Positions 32,216 through 33,492 of a DNA stretch of 33,492 bases are shown here, in pieces. Made by a program: the position numbers and the translations under genes. This DNA comes from a virus (taxonomy: Duplodnaviria; Caudoviricetes): positions 1-33,492 of IMG/VR virus record IMGVR_UViG_3300038379_000694, one strand, 5' to 3'. The notes beneath the pieces are model-generated. The model did no database searches. It saw only the letters and a program-made list of their open reading frames with translations, and had not been told where the DNA came from. Each line of letters opens with the position of its first letter. The stretch's first letter is position 1.

Positions 32216-32956
32216 TTATCTCCATAATCCGTCTTCCCCCAGGGTAAAGCCGGTTTGAGCGGCCGGGTGCTGGCTCTCGATTTCCTGGCGGGTTTGGCCG
32301 CGGGATTGAAAGTCGCTCAAATCCAGGCTGCCGCCGGGCAGCGGCATTTGAAGGGGGGGCGGCCACTTCTGGTCTTTTAACTGGTTGTTGATCCAGCCGG
32401 CGGGGTTGGTGAAGCCGAGCCCGGTCCAGAGTTCGTTTTGGTCGCGGAACTCTTTGAGGTCACGCCAGGCTTGAACGAGTTCGAGTGAGCATGCGGTGGC
32501 GCGGTGGCTGCGCTCCGGTTCGTTGAGAAAATCGAGTAAAAACCAATTTTTTCTTTCAATTTCACCATGCAGCATGCATGAATCATGCATGGGGGACTCC
32601 AGGAGTCCCATCACCGGGTGATGGGACTCTATATGGCCCATCACCCGCCCTGATGGGACTCTATATGGCCCATCACTTGGGGGGTGATGGGACTCTATAT
32701 GGCCCATCACCCCTGGGGCAACCGGATTCCTGGAGTTCGGTTGCCCCAGGATGAAATAGCGATTTTTGGTTTTACCGAGCCGGAAATTACGATAACGCTC
32801 TGTTCGGATCAAGCCCAACTCGTCAAGTTCTTGCAGGATTCGTTGCAGGTGACGCCGGGAAACGCCGGCCAACTGCATAATCTGGCGCTGGTTGGCATCG
32901 CAGACGCCCTCTTTGGAAAGGGCGACGATGGCCTGGTAGACGGGGCGCAGTTTCAT
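32216..32956 (-). CDS. Replication initiator-like protein (N-terminal winged HTH, internal iteron-encoded linker, NPAGWI C-terminal motif)
   Basis: NQRQIMQLAGVSRRHLQRILQELDELGLI...NRYFI; repeated VMGHIESHHP; lambda-O-like layout. Confidence 0.78.
   Translation of the reverse strand: MKLRPVYQAIVALSKEGVCDANQRQIMQLAGVSRRHLQRILQELDELGLIRTERYRNFRLGKTKNRYFILGQPNSRNPVAPGVMGHIESHHPPSDGPYRVPSGRVMGHIESHHPVMGLLESPMHDSCMLHGEIERKNWFLLDFLNEPERSHRATACSLELVQAWRDLKEFRDQNELWTGLGFTNPAGWINNQLKDQKWPPPLQMPLPGGSLDLSDFQSRGQTRQEIESQHPAAQTGFTLGEDGLWR
32590..32710. repeat. Iteron array / candidate replication origin
   Basis: TGATGGGACTCTATATGGCCCATCAC (26 bp) exact at 32619, 32651 and 32685, plus a variant at about 32590; AT-rich tract at about 32537-32563. 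Confidence 0.8.
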
Positions 32957-33048
32957 GCGGCGGCCTCTGCGGCCGGGTGCTGGCCCAGATAATTGACCAG
33001 GGCCGGAAAATAGGCGCCCGGTTGAGGATGGGGCAAATGGTTAGACAT
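32953..33048 (-). CDS. 31-aa leader ORF translationally coupled to rep (not in the ORF track)
   Basis: SD AGGAGG; MSNHLPHPQPGAYFPALVNYLGQHPAAEAAA; ATGA overlap with the rep start. Confidence 0.68.
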   Translation of the reverse strand: MSNHLPHPQPGAYFPALVNYLGQHPAAEAAA

Positions 33049-33071
33049 AGAACCTCCTGTGGGGGTATAAT
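33042..33071 (+). promoter_or_regulatory. Promoter counter-oriented to the rep operon, overlapping the leader ORF SD/start
   Basis: TAGACA-18 bp-TATAAT. Confidence 0.55.
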
Positions 33072-33134
33072 AGGAGGGTAAGATTTTGGTTGGGAGGCCA
33101 AGCCTTACCCTCATTTCGTTTTTACCTTCAAGCG

Positions 33135-33168
33135 AAGAGCAGTCGGCGCCAACCGGTTGCTCTTTTTT
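33135..33168 (+). terminator. Intrinsic terminator 1 (end of candidate antisense RNA)
   Basis: 12-bp stem with two G-U pairs valid only on + strand, followed by T6. Confidence 0.75.
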
Positions 33169-33213
33169 ATCTTATCCGCAGGACGCACTGCGAGGACACC
33201 TTTACGGTGTCGT

Positions 33214-33262
33214 GAGGCCGGGCGGGCGGCGGGGCGACATCCCTGCCCGCCCGGTCTCTTTT
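33214..33262 (+). terminator. Intrinsic terminator 2
   Basis: GAGGCCGGGCGGGCGG/CTGCCCGCCCGGTCTC then TTTT. Confidence 0.65.
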
Positions 33263-33281
33263 GCCTTACGCGGTGGGGCGT

Positions 33282-33313
33282 AGCGGCCAGGTTTGATTCC
33301 TGGCCGCTTTTTT
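33282..33313 (+). terminator. Intrinsic terminator 3, upstream of int
   Basis: AGCGGCCAGG-TTTGATT-CCTGGCCGCT then a T run. Confidence 0.75.
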
Positions 33314-33492
33314 GTTGCCTCCTTCCGGTGGGGATGGACTGGGGTAAACTGGCGGCCAGGGGAATCTCCCCAAAATCAATTTTAAGGAGATTAAAATGAA
33401 ACAGAATACTGCACTTCGGCTGGTTATTTCTCAGGGCCGCGAGGTCAAACCGGCCACCACAGAGATGGCTATTTCAATTCAGGAGTTTCTGG
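33313..33492 (+). repeat. Terminal direct repeat, copy 2 (includes the repeated integrase 5' end from 33396)
   Basis: 179/180 identical to 1-180. Confidence 0.97.

Larger units (their letters stand above)
1..33312. mobile_element. Complete temperate siphovirus genome (HK97-type head, non-contractile tail), excised/circular form
   Basis: Integrase, attP, repressor, packaging, head, tail and replication modules are all present; no tail sheath; terminal redundancy present. Confidence 0.93.

Noticed and set aside
32619-32710. 26-bp palindromic direct repeats as a mini-CRISPR array
   Set aside because: Spacers are only 6-8 nt, there are no cas genes, and the array lies inside a rep-like ORF; iterons fit better
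33282-33308. T-arm-like CCAGG-TTTGATT-CCTGG as a second att or tRNA remnant
   Set aside because: No acceptor or anticodon context; the longer stem plus T run is better explained as a terminator

Overview
The window is an apparently complete ~33.3 kb temperate HK97-fold siphovirus genome in excised, circular form. Positions 1-180 recur at 33313-33492 with one mismatch, giving a unit length of 33,312 bp. A tyrosine integrase is followed by an attP containing the 3' half of a tRNA (probably Lys). Next come accessory genes (including a HIRAN protein), an HTH repressor with divergent promoters, and a ParB-like/HTH/Zn-ribbon protein. A coupled four-gene cluster follows, containing an orphan response-regulator receiver behind a structured leader. 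The late region runs HNH-TerS-TerL-portal-S49 protease-capsid, two glycosyltransferases, neck genes, tail tube, a -1 frameshifted chaperone pair, tape measure, Dit and a large hub/FN3/collar tail protein. A convergent minus-strand early operon is headed by an iteron-containing replication initiator. No endolysin is recognisable. The host is inferred, not proven, to be Chloroflexota (Anaerolineae-like). The most intriguing signals are: (1) a sequence just 3' of the attP tRNA fragment that is complementary to the start of the integrase mRNA, a candidate integration-dependent RNA switch; (2) the orphan receiver operon with its attenuator-like leader; (3) capsid-linked glycosyltransferases; (4) a counter-transcribed RNA upstream of rep; and (5) many tiny tandem and dispersed repeats at gene junctions. 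All family assignments come from motif recognition by eye; no searches were run.
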